Positions 26,137 to 35,286 are shown, numbered from the stretch's first letter. The stretch: DNA of 49,417 nucleotides from a virus (IMGVR_UViG_3300036783_000105:1-49417); one strand, 5' to 3'. Numbers and translations: made by a program. Notes: generated from the letters alone by a model not told the origin.

Positions 26137-27090
26137 ATGTCTACAACTGTTAATACTGATTTGATTATTTATGATGATCTGGCGCAGACCGCATTTCTTG
26201 AGCGTCGCCAGGACAATCTGGAGGTATTTAACGCGTCATCCAACGGTGCGATTTTGCTTGATAACGAACTGATTGAGGGCGATTTCCGTAAGCGTGCCTT
26301 TTACAAAGTTGGCGGTTCCATTGAAGCGCGTGACGTGAACTCTACAGAAAAAGTAACCGGCAAAAAAATCGGTGCTGGTGAAGCTGTATCTGTTAAGGCT
26401 CCGTGGAAATACGGCCCGTATGAAACCACCGAGGAGGCATTTAAACGTCGCGGACGTTCTGTTGATGAGTTTTCCGAAGTGATTGGCGTTGATGTTGCCG
26501 ACGCAACGCTGGAAGGTTATGTGAAATATGGCCTGAAAGCGCTGATTGCGGCTATTGGTGCAAACACCGACATGGTGGTGACCGCTGATATCGAGACGGA
26601 CGGTAAAAAGACCCTGACGCGCGGTCTACGAAAGTATGGTGATAAGTTCAACCGTGTTGTTCTGTTCGTTATGCACTCCGCAACCTATTTCGACATCGTG
26701 GATGAGGCCATCGCCAACAAAATCTACGAAGAAGCAGGCGTGGTGGTGTATGGCGGTCAACCGGGTACGCTTGGTAAGCCTGTGCTCGTAACTGACACTA
26801 TGGACGCAGATGCAATCCTGGGGCTGGTGGCGGGTGCTGTAACCGTTACAGAGTCACAAGCTCCGGGATTCCGTTCCTACCCGATTAACGACCAGGAAAA
26901 CCTTGCAGTCGGTTATCGCGCTGAAGGTGTGGTGAACGTCGATCTGCTGGGTTACAGCTGGGACACTTCCAAAGGTGAAAACCCGGACCTGACCGCAATC
27001 GGCACTGCTGCGAACTGGAAGAAACATTTCACCAGCAACAAATCTACCGCTGGCGTTCTCATCAAACTGGAATCTGCTTCGGGGGAGTAA
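26137..27090 (+). CDS. Major capsid protein
   Basis: 317 aa after scaffold; LGKPVLVTD. Confidence 0.85.
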   Translation: MSTTVNTDLIIYDDLAQTAFLERRQDNLEVFNASSNGAILLDNELIEGDFRKRAFYKVGGSIEARDVNSTEKVTGKKIGAGEAVSVKAPWKYGPYETTEEAFKRRGRSVDEFSEVIGVDVADATLEGYVKYGLKALIAAIGANTDMVVTADIETDGKKTLTRGLRKYGDKFNRVVLFVMHSATYFDIVDEAIANKIYEEAGVVVYGGQPGTLGKPVLVTDTMDADAILGLVAGAVTVTESQAPGFRSYPINDQENLAVGYRAEGVVNVDLLGYSWDTSKGENPDLTAIGTAANWKKHFTSNKSTAGVLIKLESASGE

Positions 27091-27371
27091 CTCTGTCAGC
27101 GGATAAAACTTCCGCAACTGCTGACAGTACCGACGCGGTGACCGTTTCGCTCAAGTACACCAAAAATGGTGCCGGAGTATCTGGGGCAACTGTAGCGTGG
27201 ACTTCAACTGGCGGCACGCTAAGCGCTTCGACATCACAGACAGGTTCTGCTGGTGGCTCGACGGTGAAACTCACCTCTGATACGGCTGGCTCATTCACGG
27301 TGACGGCGACTGTAGATGGTGTGGTGAAAACGACTGAAGCGATCGCGTTCTCTGCGCCAGTTAGCGGTTAA
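27087..27371 (+). CDS. Ig-like (Big_1) domain, probably a -1 frameshift extension of MCP
   Basis: VTLSADKTSATADSTDAVT...VTATVDG in the -1 frame after GGGGG run; no own RBS evident. Confidence 0.75.
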   Translation, partial: VTLSADKTSATADSTDAVTVSLKYTKNGAGVSGATVAWTSTGGTLSASTSQTGSAGGSTVKLTSDTAGSFTVTATVDGVVKTTEAIAFSAPVSG

Positions 27372-27412
27372 CTCATGGGGCGTAATGCCCCGTTTCTTTT
27401 GGTGAGAATTCG

Positions 27413-27808
27413 ATGACCGTTTATATAACAATCCAGGACGTTGACGAGCAATTGGGGGATGCCTGGGCTGCCGCCGACAAAAAGGCTAAAGCCGTACTTC
27501 AGGCAAATACCTGGATGACCGGCCTTAACCTTCAGGATATAGACCCCGAAGATATTCCCTATGAAGTTAAACAGGCCGGGGCGTATGCCGCATCCGTTGC
27601 CGCTGCTGGCAAACTGTATCAGAAAAAAACAGATTCAGGGGTGATGACGAGTAAAAGCGTTGAAGCCGATGATGTGAAGGTCTCCAAAACATTTGCCGAA
27701 CTTTCAACCTCCAGTACTGAGCTACTCGATCCCGATCTGCAACTCGCGCTTGCCATGCTCAAACCGTGGATGCTTAACCCGTTTCAGACGTTTTTGGTGA
27801 GGGGGTGA
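27413..27808 (+). CDS. Head-tail connector/adaptor
   Basis: Position and size after capsid genes. Confidence 0.7.
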   Translation: MTVYITIQDVDEQLGDAWAAADKKAKAVLQANTWMTGLNLQDIDPEDIPYEVKQAGAYAASVAAAGKLYQKKTDSGVMTSKSVEADDVKVSKTFAELSTSSTELLDPDLQLALAMLKPWMLNPFQTFLVRG

Positions 27809-27809
27809 G

Positions 27810-28232
27810 ATGACTACTATCGCATTCGATGGGCGGTATGTAGCCGCTGATAGCCTGATAACCAGTGACGGAGTAGTTTACAGTCATGTTAATAAAATCC
27901 ATCAGGTAGCTGGAGGGGTATTGTTAACCGCTGGTGACTGTGATGACTGGATTTTAGCTATCGAGTGGTTCAATGGTGGGCGAGAACAGTCAAATAAGCC
28001 TGAACTGGAATGCTTTGTATCGTTATTTATTCCAGATGATGCTGAGCCTGTTGAGTACGGTAAGCGTCTTATTCCGACACTTGCACCAATTCCCTGGGCT
28101 GCGGGAACTGGACGGGATTTTGCAAGGTCGGCCATGTTGCTGGGTAAGGACGCGCGCGAGGCTGTTGAGTTTGCGTGCACTCTGGATGTTTACTCTGGCG
28201 GCGAGGTCCAATCTATCCGGGTGAGGGATTAA
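27810..28232 (+). CDS. Proteasome-beta/HslV-like Ntn hydrolase
   Basis: M-TTIA N-terminus, AADS, NKI, AGD, AGTG, DVYSGG motifs. Confidence 0.8.
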   Translation: MTTIAFDGRYVAADSLITSDGVVYSHVNKIHQVAGGVLLTAGDCDDWILAIEWFNGGREQSNKPELECFVSLFIPDDAEPVEYGKRLIPTLAPIPWAAGTGRDFARSAMLLGKDAREAVEFACTLDVYSGGEVQSIRVRD

Positions 28233-28234
28233 TC

Positions 28235-28618
28235 ATGGGTATACGTGACGAGCTGCAAACCGAAGTCGCCGCAGCGTTTGATACGGATCTTCAGGATGCC
28301 GTTAACGAGTTCACCGGCAGTTATACGGTCCGAGATGACTGGGACCCGGTAACGGAAACTGGCAGCAAAGTACAGGTGACTTACACCGGGCGCGGAGTGC
28401 TGGCCCGTTATAAACTCCGGCGTTTAGATGGCGTTAACATCCTACGTGGTGACCTGAAATTAACCGCCCTGGTTAACGAGGTCACCGATAAACCGATGGT
28501 CGAGCACATAATCACGGCACCAGACCCAATTTCAGGTGAGTTACAGCGTTACGAGGTTATTACTGCCGCGACTGATTCCGCTGGTGCTGCGTACTCAATT
28601 CAGTTACGGAGGGCGTGA
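28235..28618 (+). CDS. Head-closure/stopper protein
   Basis: Position; WDPVT..., IQLRR C-terminus. Confidence 0.7.
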   Translation: MGIRDELQTEVAAAFDTDLQDAVNEFTGSYTVRDDWDPVTETGSKVQVTYTGRGVLARYKLRRLDGVNILRGDLKLTALVNEVTDKPMVEHIITAPDPISGELQRYEVITAATDSAGAAYSIQLRRA

Positions 28619-28824
28619 TGCAATTTGTTCTGCTTTATCTCTCCTGCGGATTGCCCCTTGGCCTTATCGAGTTTATTTCCGTGTTGTTTATCAGGGATGG
28701 CTGTGCTGTCTGGCTAAAGGCGCTGTATGGAGTGATTACGGTGATTCTCTGGCCGTTAATCATCGCTGTACTGTTTGTCCCTGAAAGTGTTCTGTGCAAA
28801 TGGCGGAGGGTTCTCAATGGCTAA
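28615..28824 (+). CDS. Small two-TM membrane protein
   Basis: Hydrophobic 69 aa; overlaps both neighbours. Confidence 0.6.
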   Translation: MMQFVLLYLSCGLPLGLIEFISVLFIRDGCAVWLKALYGVITVILWPLIIAVLFVPESVLCKWRRVLNG

Positions 28825-29368
28825 GGGCTGGAGTATCGAGCCGTCAGCATTTGCCGGGCTGGTGGCGGATGATGTTAGGTTGCGGCAGCGAACTATCGCC
28901 ATACAGTTGCTCGATGAAATCGTAAAACGTTCTCCTGTTGGCGACCCTGAGTTATGGGCAATTAACGCAACAGCCGTTGAGTACAACAAAGCGGTTGGAG
29001 AATGGAACGAATCGCTTTACGACAATCCGGATAATCTGACCAAAACCGGACAACTCAGGAAAAAGGTGCGCGTTAATGACGAGATGGAGATCAAACGCCC
29101 GGCAGATTACCGCGCGGGGACGTTCAGGGCTTCGCATTTCGTCAGTATCGGCTCACCGGATTACTCAGTTCCCGCTGACCCGGATCCGCGCGGTACGATG
29201 ACATTTCTTAACGGCAAAAACATCATCAACCAGGCACCGGCTTATTCAGTGATTTACATCCAGTCAAACCTCCCTTACTCCGTGGCGCTGGAGAATGGTC
29301 ACTCTAAACAGGCTTCCACTGGCGTTTATGCCGTCTCGTTTAATGGTGTAATTCAGGGCTACAAATGA
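28817..29368 (+). CDS. Neck/tail-completion protein (HK97 gp10-like)
   Basis: SPV, GTFRAS, NLPYSVALENGHS motifs. Confidence 0.8.
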   Translation: MAKGWSIEPSAFAGLVADDVRLRQRTIAIQLLDEIVKRSPVGDPELWAINATAVEYNKAVGEWNESLYDNPDNLTKTGQLRKKVRVNDEMEIKRPADYRAGTFRASHFVSIGSPDYSVPADPDPRGTMTFLNGKNIINQAPAYSVIYIQSNLPYSVALENGHSKQASTGVYAVSFNGVIQGYK

Positions 29369-29757
29369 CCCTTACAGAAATCAGAAACGCTGTCATTTCC
29401 CGAATGACGGCGCAGACCGCTATTGCTGCTGATGCGGTGGACTATCCCAACGGCCCGCTATTTGATCCGAGCGGCCGCGATATCTGGGCACGCTTCACCA
29501 ACATTTCAGGGACGGCGGGAGCCAACGAAATCGGGGCCGGGCCGGTAGTCCATCGAACCGGCGTCATCATCATTCAGATATTTGTTCCGATCTATACCGG
29601 CACGATTCTGCTTACTCAAACCGCAGACCAGCTAACGAAGCACTTCGAATTCCAGAATGACGGACGATTGAGCTACTTCGCTGTATCGGCTGTTCCGGCA
29701 GGCGAGGCTGATGGCTGGTCGCAATTAAATCTTCAAATCCCATATCGCGCTGTGTAG
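29365..29757 (+). CDS. Tail terminator protein
   Basis: Position before tail tube; GVIIIQIFVP. Confidence 0.75.
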   Translation: MTLTEIRNAVISRMTAQTAIAADAVDYPNGPLFDPSGRDIWARFTNISGTAGANEIGAGPVVHRTGVIIIQIFVPIYTGTILLTQTADQLTKHFEFQNDGRLSYFAVSAVPAGEADGWSQLNLQIPYRAV

Positions 29758-29779
29758 CGCACAATAACAGGAGGCTCCT

Positions 29780-30952
29780 GTGAGTTCAGGCGCAAAAGTT
29801 GTAACCGCGTTTATACGCGAAACCACTCCGGGTATTACACCCACAGTTGGGGCTTGGAATCTGTTAAAGCGATCCTCTTATGGCCTTGCCCCAAAACAGA
29901 ACACCAACGATAACGACGAAATCGGCGGTGACAGAATGACGCAAGGGGTTTCTCGTGGAACCATTGATGTTGGCGGCGACGTGGGGACCAAATTCCGCTG
30001 GAACCAGCACGATGCTTTTCTGGCAAGCTGCTTCGGTGCGGAATGGATTAATAACACCCTGGCAATGGGGAACTCACGCATTACGTTTTCAATAGCTTCT
30101 TACGCTGATGATGTGGGGATTGCGCAGATTGCGCGGGGATGCCAGGTGTCTACCCTGCGGATCGAAATACCAAATGATGGTGATATCGCTGCGACGGTCA
30201 CGTTTGCGGGCCTTGACTGGGAAACAAAAGGCGATGATACCAGCTTCTTCACTGATCCCGTTGATAATGCTGGTGAGCTGCTTTATTCGTTCAAGGAAGT
30301 CACCGCATTAAGCCTGAATGGTGTTGCTGGTGGCAATGGTTTCTGCGTCGATACGTTCAACATTCAGTTCGACAACAATATGCAGACCCAGCGTTGCGTC
30401 GGTACCGGTTCAGCGTTCGCCGGCGCAAACATTCCCACCACATTCAAACCGTCAGGTCAGATAACCCTTTCATGGTCAAAAGCCGCCTGGGAAATCTATA
30501 AGAAAACGTTCACCGGCGAAATGGTGCCGTTCAGCTTTACGCTGGAGAATGCTGAAGGTGCTTATACCTTCGATTTTCCAAAAGTTCAGGTTTCAGGTGA
30601 CTGGCCTGATGCGGGTAATACCGACATTGTGCAGGTTCAACTCGATATCACGGCAGCTAAAACGCCACCAACGATAACCAGAGTGCCTAAAGTTCAGGCA
30701 ACGGCGATCAATGTTGCCCCGGCAACATCGACCGGGGTGGTTGGTTCCACGGTGACATTAACTGCTACGCTTACGCCAGCTGATGCCACTGACACCGTTG
30801 AGTGGACCTCATCGGATCCGGCAGTTGCGAGTGTAGTCTCTACCGGACAGAAAACAGCAAAACTTACCCGAAATGCAGCAGGGACCGCCGTTATCACAGG
30901 TAAAGCGCGGACCTTTACCGCAACCTCTGCAATTACCGTCACTGTAGCCTAA
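29780..30952 (+). CDS. Major tail tube protein with C-terminal Ig (Big_2) domain
   Basis: C-terminal VEWTSSDPAVASV...GTAVIT. Confidence 0.85.
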   Translation: MSSGAKVVTAFIRETTPGITPTVGAWNLLKRSSYGLAPKQNTNDNDEIGGDRMTQGVSRGTIDVGGDVGTKFRWNQHDAFLASCFGAEWINNTLAMGNSRITFSIASYADDVGIAQIARGCQVSTLRIEIPNDGDIAATVTFAGLDWETKGDDTSFFTDPVDNAGELLYSFKEVTALSLNGVAGGNGFCVDTFNIQFDNNMQTQRCVGTGSAFAGANIPTTFKPSGQITLSWSKAAWEIYKKTFTGEMVPFSFTLENAEGAYTFDFPKVQVSGDWPDAGNTDIVQVQLDITAAKTPPTITRVPKVQATAINVAPATSTGVVGSTVTLTATLTPADATDTVEWTSSDPAVASVVSTGQKTAKLTRNAAGTAVITGKARTFTATSAITVTVA

Positions 30953-30993
30953 TTTTACTGACCCTCTCCGGAGGGCTTTTTCATGGAGTTTTT

Positions 30994-31476
30994 ATGCTGA
31001 TTGTTACCCCAAAAATTGATTTAAATGGCGAGCGCTGGTTTTACCCGTATCAGAAAGCGGAAGATAGCCAGAAGGAATACCCCCCCGAAGAAGAGTCGCT
31101 GTTCAAGCTTCGCCTGCTGGTGGCCAGCAGCGAGAATTCACAATATCGCTCCAGAAACGCGCTGGTGCGCCGCCACATCGATAAGATGGACGCAGGTTAT
31201 AAGGTGGGGACCACTGATTTTAACCTCGCCAGTGTGGGTGATATCGACTCTGTTGATGACCTGCTGATCGATAACGTCGCCCGGTTTCTGCTGAAAGGCT
31301 GGGAAGGGGTAGGCCAGTTGGTTGATGGCGTAGAAGTTGCTATCGACTACACACCAGAAATGGGGGCCATCATGCTCAAACAGCATCCTGAACTGTACTG
31401 GCTGATACTGGCTGAGGCTGCAAACATTGCTCAGGGTAAAGAGCAGCAGACTCAGGAAACCGTAAAAAAGCCTTAG
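30994..31476 (+). CDS. Tail assembly chaperone (G-like)
   Basis: After tail tube; ends in slippery A AAA AAG. Confidence 0.85.
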   Translation: MLIVTPKIDLNGERWFYPYQKAEDSQKEYPPEEESLFKLRLLVASSENSQYRSRNALVRRHIDKMDAGYKVGTTDFNLASVGDIDSVDDLLIDNVARFLLKGWEGVGQLVDGVEVAIDYTPEMGAIMLKQHPELYWLILAEAANIAQGKEQQTQETVKKP

Positions 31477-31814
31477 AGGCGCAGAAGTGGCTAAAGGAGT
31501 TCGGGGGCGAACGGGGAGATAAGGCAAAGTGGCGGCGGGAGAAATTAAACCTCCCGCCAATCCCTGAGCCTGAGATTGATCCTGTAACGGGGGAGATACT
31601 CAACGCTTACGCCATGATATCTCGTGGCAGGCAGTATGCAGGAATGGCTGGCGTGCCGCTCCCGTTGTCCCTGAGTGATATAGAGCGCTATCTGGCCTCG
31701 CGTTCCATTCTGATTGACCGTATCGAGTTTGATGCAGCAATACTTGCCCTTGATGACGCCTGGCGCGATGCGTGGGCGGATGAGCAAAAGAACACGCCAG
31801 AAAAAAATAATTAA
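31464..31814 (+). CDS. Tail assembly chaperone GT extension (-1 frameshift)
   Basis: -1 frame open from A AAA AAG (31464-31470) to 31814. Confidence 0.8.
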   Translation, partial: KKALEAQKWLKEFGGERGDKAKWRREKLNLPPIPEPEIDPVTGEILNAYAMISRGRQYAGMAGVPLPLSLSDIERYLASRSILIDRIEFDAAILALDDAWRDAWADEQKNTPEKNN

Positions 31815-31847
31815 CACCATTAGTCAAAGTCACACACCCATTTTATG

Positions 31848-31871
31848 GCCTCGCAATTGCGGGGCTTTTTT
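31848..31871 (+). terminator. Intrinsic terminator
   Basis: GCCTCGCAATTGCGGGGCTTTTT; near-identical to the one at 19608-19631. Confidence 0.75.
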
Positions 31872-32025
31872 ATACCCGCAATAAACCTCCGCGCATTCGC
31901 GTGCGCAAAATCCAAAAGAGAGCTTTCCGTAGTGTGAGTCTGAGACAGGGCGGTGGATTACATCGTTCCGCTCTCGGCTGCCCATGTCTACGCGAACAGG
32001 CTCGCACCACTGAAAGGTAAATACG

Positions 32026-32781
32026 ATGTCTAATATCATCCCTATGAATTACGATGACCATTCATTCCCTTTTGCTTCTGATTGCTGGTTTAATGCCACA
32101 GTTGCTGCAAAACACCACGGCAGGAAAGTCACTGAGTGGTTGCGCCTACCTTCCACAAAAGAATATATGGCGGAGCTATGCCAGGAGCTTGGTATAGAAA
32201 GGTTTAATTTTAAAGGTGGGATTTTCCCACCTTTAGTTCGCGTTGAAAAAGGCCGATACGGCGGCACCTGGCTTCATCCTGAATTAGCTGTTGAGTTCGC
32301 CCGCTGGCTGTCTGTTAAATTCGCCCGCGCATGTGATCGCCACATTAAAAATCTGCTGCTGAGTAAAAACTTCCAGCTCACTGAAGATCAGATTGTCGGC
32401 CTGATGGTCTGCCAGCAACCAACGTCGTGGGAAAAACGATTCAAAGACCCGTTCTACCAGGCGCTGTCGAAAATGTCTGACCTTCCTTACTTCGGTCATG
32501 TCGGCGGTTGCCCGGCGCTGTTCGGTCAGATCACCGCTCGCTGGGTGTACGGTGTAGCCCTTCCTGATTATGTATATCAGGCAGCCAAACAGGCGGCGGG
32601 AGACAGCAAAGAGAAGATTCACCAGCACATTAAGCCTGATGCGCTGGAGAAGGTAGAGCAGCAACTTATTGCAGTCACTCACATCGCCAGTTGCAGTATT
32701 GATCAGAAAGACTTCGAGGCGCGTTGTATGGCTGCATTCCCGGTTAAGGGGCAGATGAAAATACAGTATGCGGCTGCGTGA
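32026..32781 (+). CDS. KilA-N domain protein
   Basis: WFNAT, WLRLPSTKEY, GGTWLHPELAVEFARWLS. Confidence 0.9.
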   Translation: MSNIIPMNYDDHSFPFASDCWFNATVAAKHHGRKVTEWLRLPSTKEYMAELCQELGIERFNFKGGIFPPLVRVEKGRYGGTWLHPELAVEFARWLSVKFARACDRHIKNLLLSKNFQLTEDQIVGLMVCQQPTSWEKRFKDPFYQALSKMSDLPYFGHVGGCPALFGQITARWVYGVALPDYVYQAAKQAAGDSKEKIHQHIKPDALEKVEQQLIAVTHIASCSIDQKDFEARCMAAFPVKGQMKIQYAAA

Positions 32782-32833
32782 TGATGGGGGGGAGTGAGCC
32801 CACTCAAGTGGGCTTTCGTTTTTTTATCCTGAT

Positions 32834-33316
32834 TCATTGCCCAAATAGCTTAGATAGCCCCGCGGTAGTTGCGGCTTGCACTATAGTTTTAAGCGCTTCC
32901 GTCGATAGTTCGCGGAGAGTTGATTTGGCCTTTTCTTTCTGCTCGTCATTCATGCTGGACATGGCAATGAGGTCTTCGAGGACGACTACGGCTTCTCGAT
33001 GGAATTTGATGGTCTGGACGTTGAGGATTGCAGAGAGCCCGCCGTCATTTTGCATAAAATCGATTCCACGGCAGGTTATCTCTGCTGAATCAAGAATGCT
33101 GTATGCAGAGTCCTCATCGATTACGCTCTTTCCTGGATTTATCGTTATGAGATTATGCCCAGAAAGATAGAAGAGATTTGCTATAAGCTTGCCTTTTGGT
33201 GATGAGGATATGGCATCGCATCGATAATCATCGCCAAGATCCCGAATCGCATTTGGATATGCATCAATGCAGCACTTAAGAATTTCTCGCTGGAGGTTTC
33301 TGTCAAACTTATCCAT
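32834..33316 (-). CDS. Hypothetical moron protein, probable winged-helix N-terminus
   Basis: AAGGA RBS; NLFYL...ITCRGIDF. Confidence 0.75.
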   Translation of the reverse strand: MDKFDRNLQREILKCCIDAYPNAIRDLGDDYRCDAISSSPKGKLIANLFYLSGHNLITINPGKSVIDEDSAYSILDSAEITCRGIDFMQNDGGLSAILNVQTIKFHREAVVVLEDLIAMSSMNDEQKEKAKSTLRELSTEALKTIVQAATTAGLSKLFGQ

Positions 33317-33496
33317 TTTGATTCCTTGTCTATGTTTTATCATTCAATCTATCACTGAAAACTCACCGCTGAAAACCTTGATAAACGATCAGTTTATCGG
33401 AGGTGTATTTGTTACCTCGTTATTCCAGAAGCCTTGATTGCCCTACGAGTTTTATGTGATAGGATGTTTCTGATTGTAAATCTGGGGAAACAAAAT

Positions 33497-34168
33497 ATGA
33501 AAAAAATGGTAGTAGTGGCATTAGGAGCATTGGTTTTAGCAGGCTGTACGTCGCCAAAATATAATTATGCCCCAACAACACAAAGTTTAAGCGAACCACC
33601 TGTAGGGTCAGTGAATACCTCTTACGTTGGTGATTCTTTGTTAAGTCAAGGTATCTTAGCAAAATATGAAGGGATAAAAGTCACAGCGCCAGCGAGAGTT
33701 TCATGGGGTTATACAGTGACCCCTGGTAACCTGAAGAAGGTTGGTCAGGACGGAAAATCCGAGTTCTATATGCCTACGGGAATGGCTGATTCTGCAAATG
33801 TTCAGAAAGCTGCATTGGCTGATATGTGGCAGGCATTGATGGTTAAGGAAGGTACTCGGACGCTATGTGTCATTACCGTCTTCTCAGTATCTACGTGCGA
33901 AGACAATATGCCGATTGAGAAAACCAATCTAAACATTAGTTCGTCTAATAATTTTCAGCAGACATTACTGTATAACGGACGAGTCGGCAATAAGATCAAC
34001 ATTGGTTACCGAGAATCGTCATCTGATATGGCAAGACCAGCTTTCAACAACGATGTTGAATACGATTTATCAGAATCCAAGGTTATAGGTTACAAAGGCG
34101 CCAAAATTGAGGTCATTGAAGCTACCAACCAAAGTATCAGATACAAAGTTATCAGTAACTTTAGATAA
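33497..34168 (+). CDS. Lipoprotein moron
   Basis: MKKMVVVALGALVLAGC lipobox. Confidence 0.85.
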   Translation: MKKMVVVALGALVLAGCTSPKYNYAPTTQSLSEPPVGSVNTSYVGDSLLSQGILAKYEGIKVTAPARVSWGYTVTPGNLKKVGQDGKSEFYMPTGMADSANVQKAALADMWQALMVKEGTRTLCVITVFSVSTCEDNMPIEKTNLNISSSNNFQQTLLYNGRVGNKINIGYRESSSDMARPAFNNDVEYDLSESKVIGYKGAKIEVIEATNQSIRYKVISNFR

Positions 34169-34218
34169 AATTATTAATTGCCTCGATGATTCAAGCCCAC
34201 TTGAGTGGGCTTTTATAT

Positions 34219-34833
34219 TTAAGCTGAGACTTTTGCCCACTTATGCATTTCTCTTCTGGCTGTGTCAGCCCGTTTGGCTAGTTCTGTAACAGTCAGAGTC
34301 TCAAGAGCGTTACAGTGAATAACTACATAGCCAGCTCGCTCGGCCAACACCATCGAGGTTTCAAGCGACATAAAGCATTCACCAGGGCGAGCCTGTTGGA
34401 CATTGATTGTCTGACCATTGCGGATCTCGACAAAAAGGTCAGCATCTAAAGGAAAAAGAGTCGTATGTTTTTTCTGCAACTCCTCCTCCATTTTATTAAA
34501 TGCGTTGATGTAGTCGATTTTCCACTGGAGAGCCTTTTTGCCGGTGAAGCCCATGACGATCAGTACGAAGGCGTCGCGAGTTAGTTCAAACATTGGCGTT
34601 AAAATGCCTTCACCACCCTTGGGGTTTTCGCGGTGATAGAACGTCTCCCGAAAATTAGGGAGACGATAAGCAGGGTCGCACTCGTCCATAGTTGATCGGA
34701 TTTTATCCAATACGTGATCGTGGCGTTTGTGGAAATAATTTGCGACTGCAACCGAAGTGGTAACAATCTTTCCGTTTCTACTGATAACTTCCGGGATGAC
34801 TGCTGATACGGGTTCCAGAGTGGTGCTATTCAT
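34219..34833 (-). CDS. rha: Rha-family regulator/antirepressor
   Basis: TTSVAVANYFHKRHDHVL, LTRDAF..VMGFTGKKA..WK..YINAFNKME. Confidence 0.9.
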   Translation of the reverse strand: MNSTTLEPVSAVIPEVISRNGKIVTTSVAVANYFHKRHDHVLDKIRSTMDECDPAYRLPNFRETFYHRENPKGGEGILTPMFELTRDAFVLIVMGFTGKKALQWKIDYINAFNKMEEELQKKHTTLFPLDADLFVEIRNGQTINVQQARPGECFMSLETSMVLAERAGYVVIHCNALETLTVTELAKRADTARREMHKWAKVSA

Positions 34834-35021
34834 TTTGCACCTCCCATCATGATGCGTGTGATGAGCGATGATTTCGCCTGTAAAACAGCAGGATTACTTG
34901 CAGCAACACGCATCGATTCGCGCTCCAGCAGTTCGGCAAGTCTGAACTTATCAGCATAGCTGGATTTTTTGAGTAAGATTTTTATCAGATTGACATAGTA
35001 GTCGTGGGGGAGATTAGTCAT
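34830..35021 (-). CDS. Small protein coupled to rha (icd position)
   Basis: GAGG RBS overlapping c4 target b2; ATGA overlap with rha. Confidence 0.65.
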   Translation of the reverse strand: MTNLPHDYYVNLIKILLKKSSYADKFRLAELLERESMRVAASNPAVLQAKSSLITRIMMGGAK

Positions 35022-35065
35022 GATGACCTCTTTTGCTTTTTTCGAATTACCACTATCAGAGTGGT

Positions 35066-35143
35066 GCCGGGAGGTTCGAAACGGCGCAAAAGAGACCGCG
35101 GACTTATTCCCCTTTCGGGTGTTGTATTAGTCGCCCTCCCGAC
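35066..35143 (-). ncRNA. c4-type antisense RNA
   Basis: GTCGGGAGG/CCTCCCGGC stem, CCC-GAAA-GGG loop, a'/b' segments complementary to upstream and downstream a/b sites. Confidence 0.8.
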
Positions 35144-35257
35144 AATGATCGGGATGTGGTCGCACATTGCGCCCACTGAATAACAGGCATAAAAAATCCA
35201 ACACTGACGGGGTTGGTTCTGACCGCTTTTGCTGAGGTTTCGACGCCTCGTAGCCGC

Positions 35258-35286
35258 AAGATAGCCGATGAGCAGTATTGAGTCAA
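35258..35286 (-). promoter_or_regulatory. Sigma70 promoter of c4-rha operon
   Basis: TTGACT-N17-TATCTT. Confidence 0.75.
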
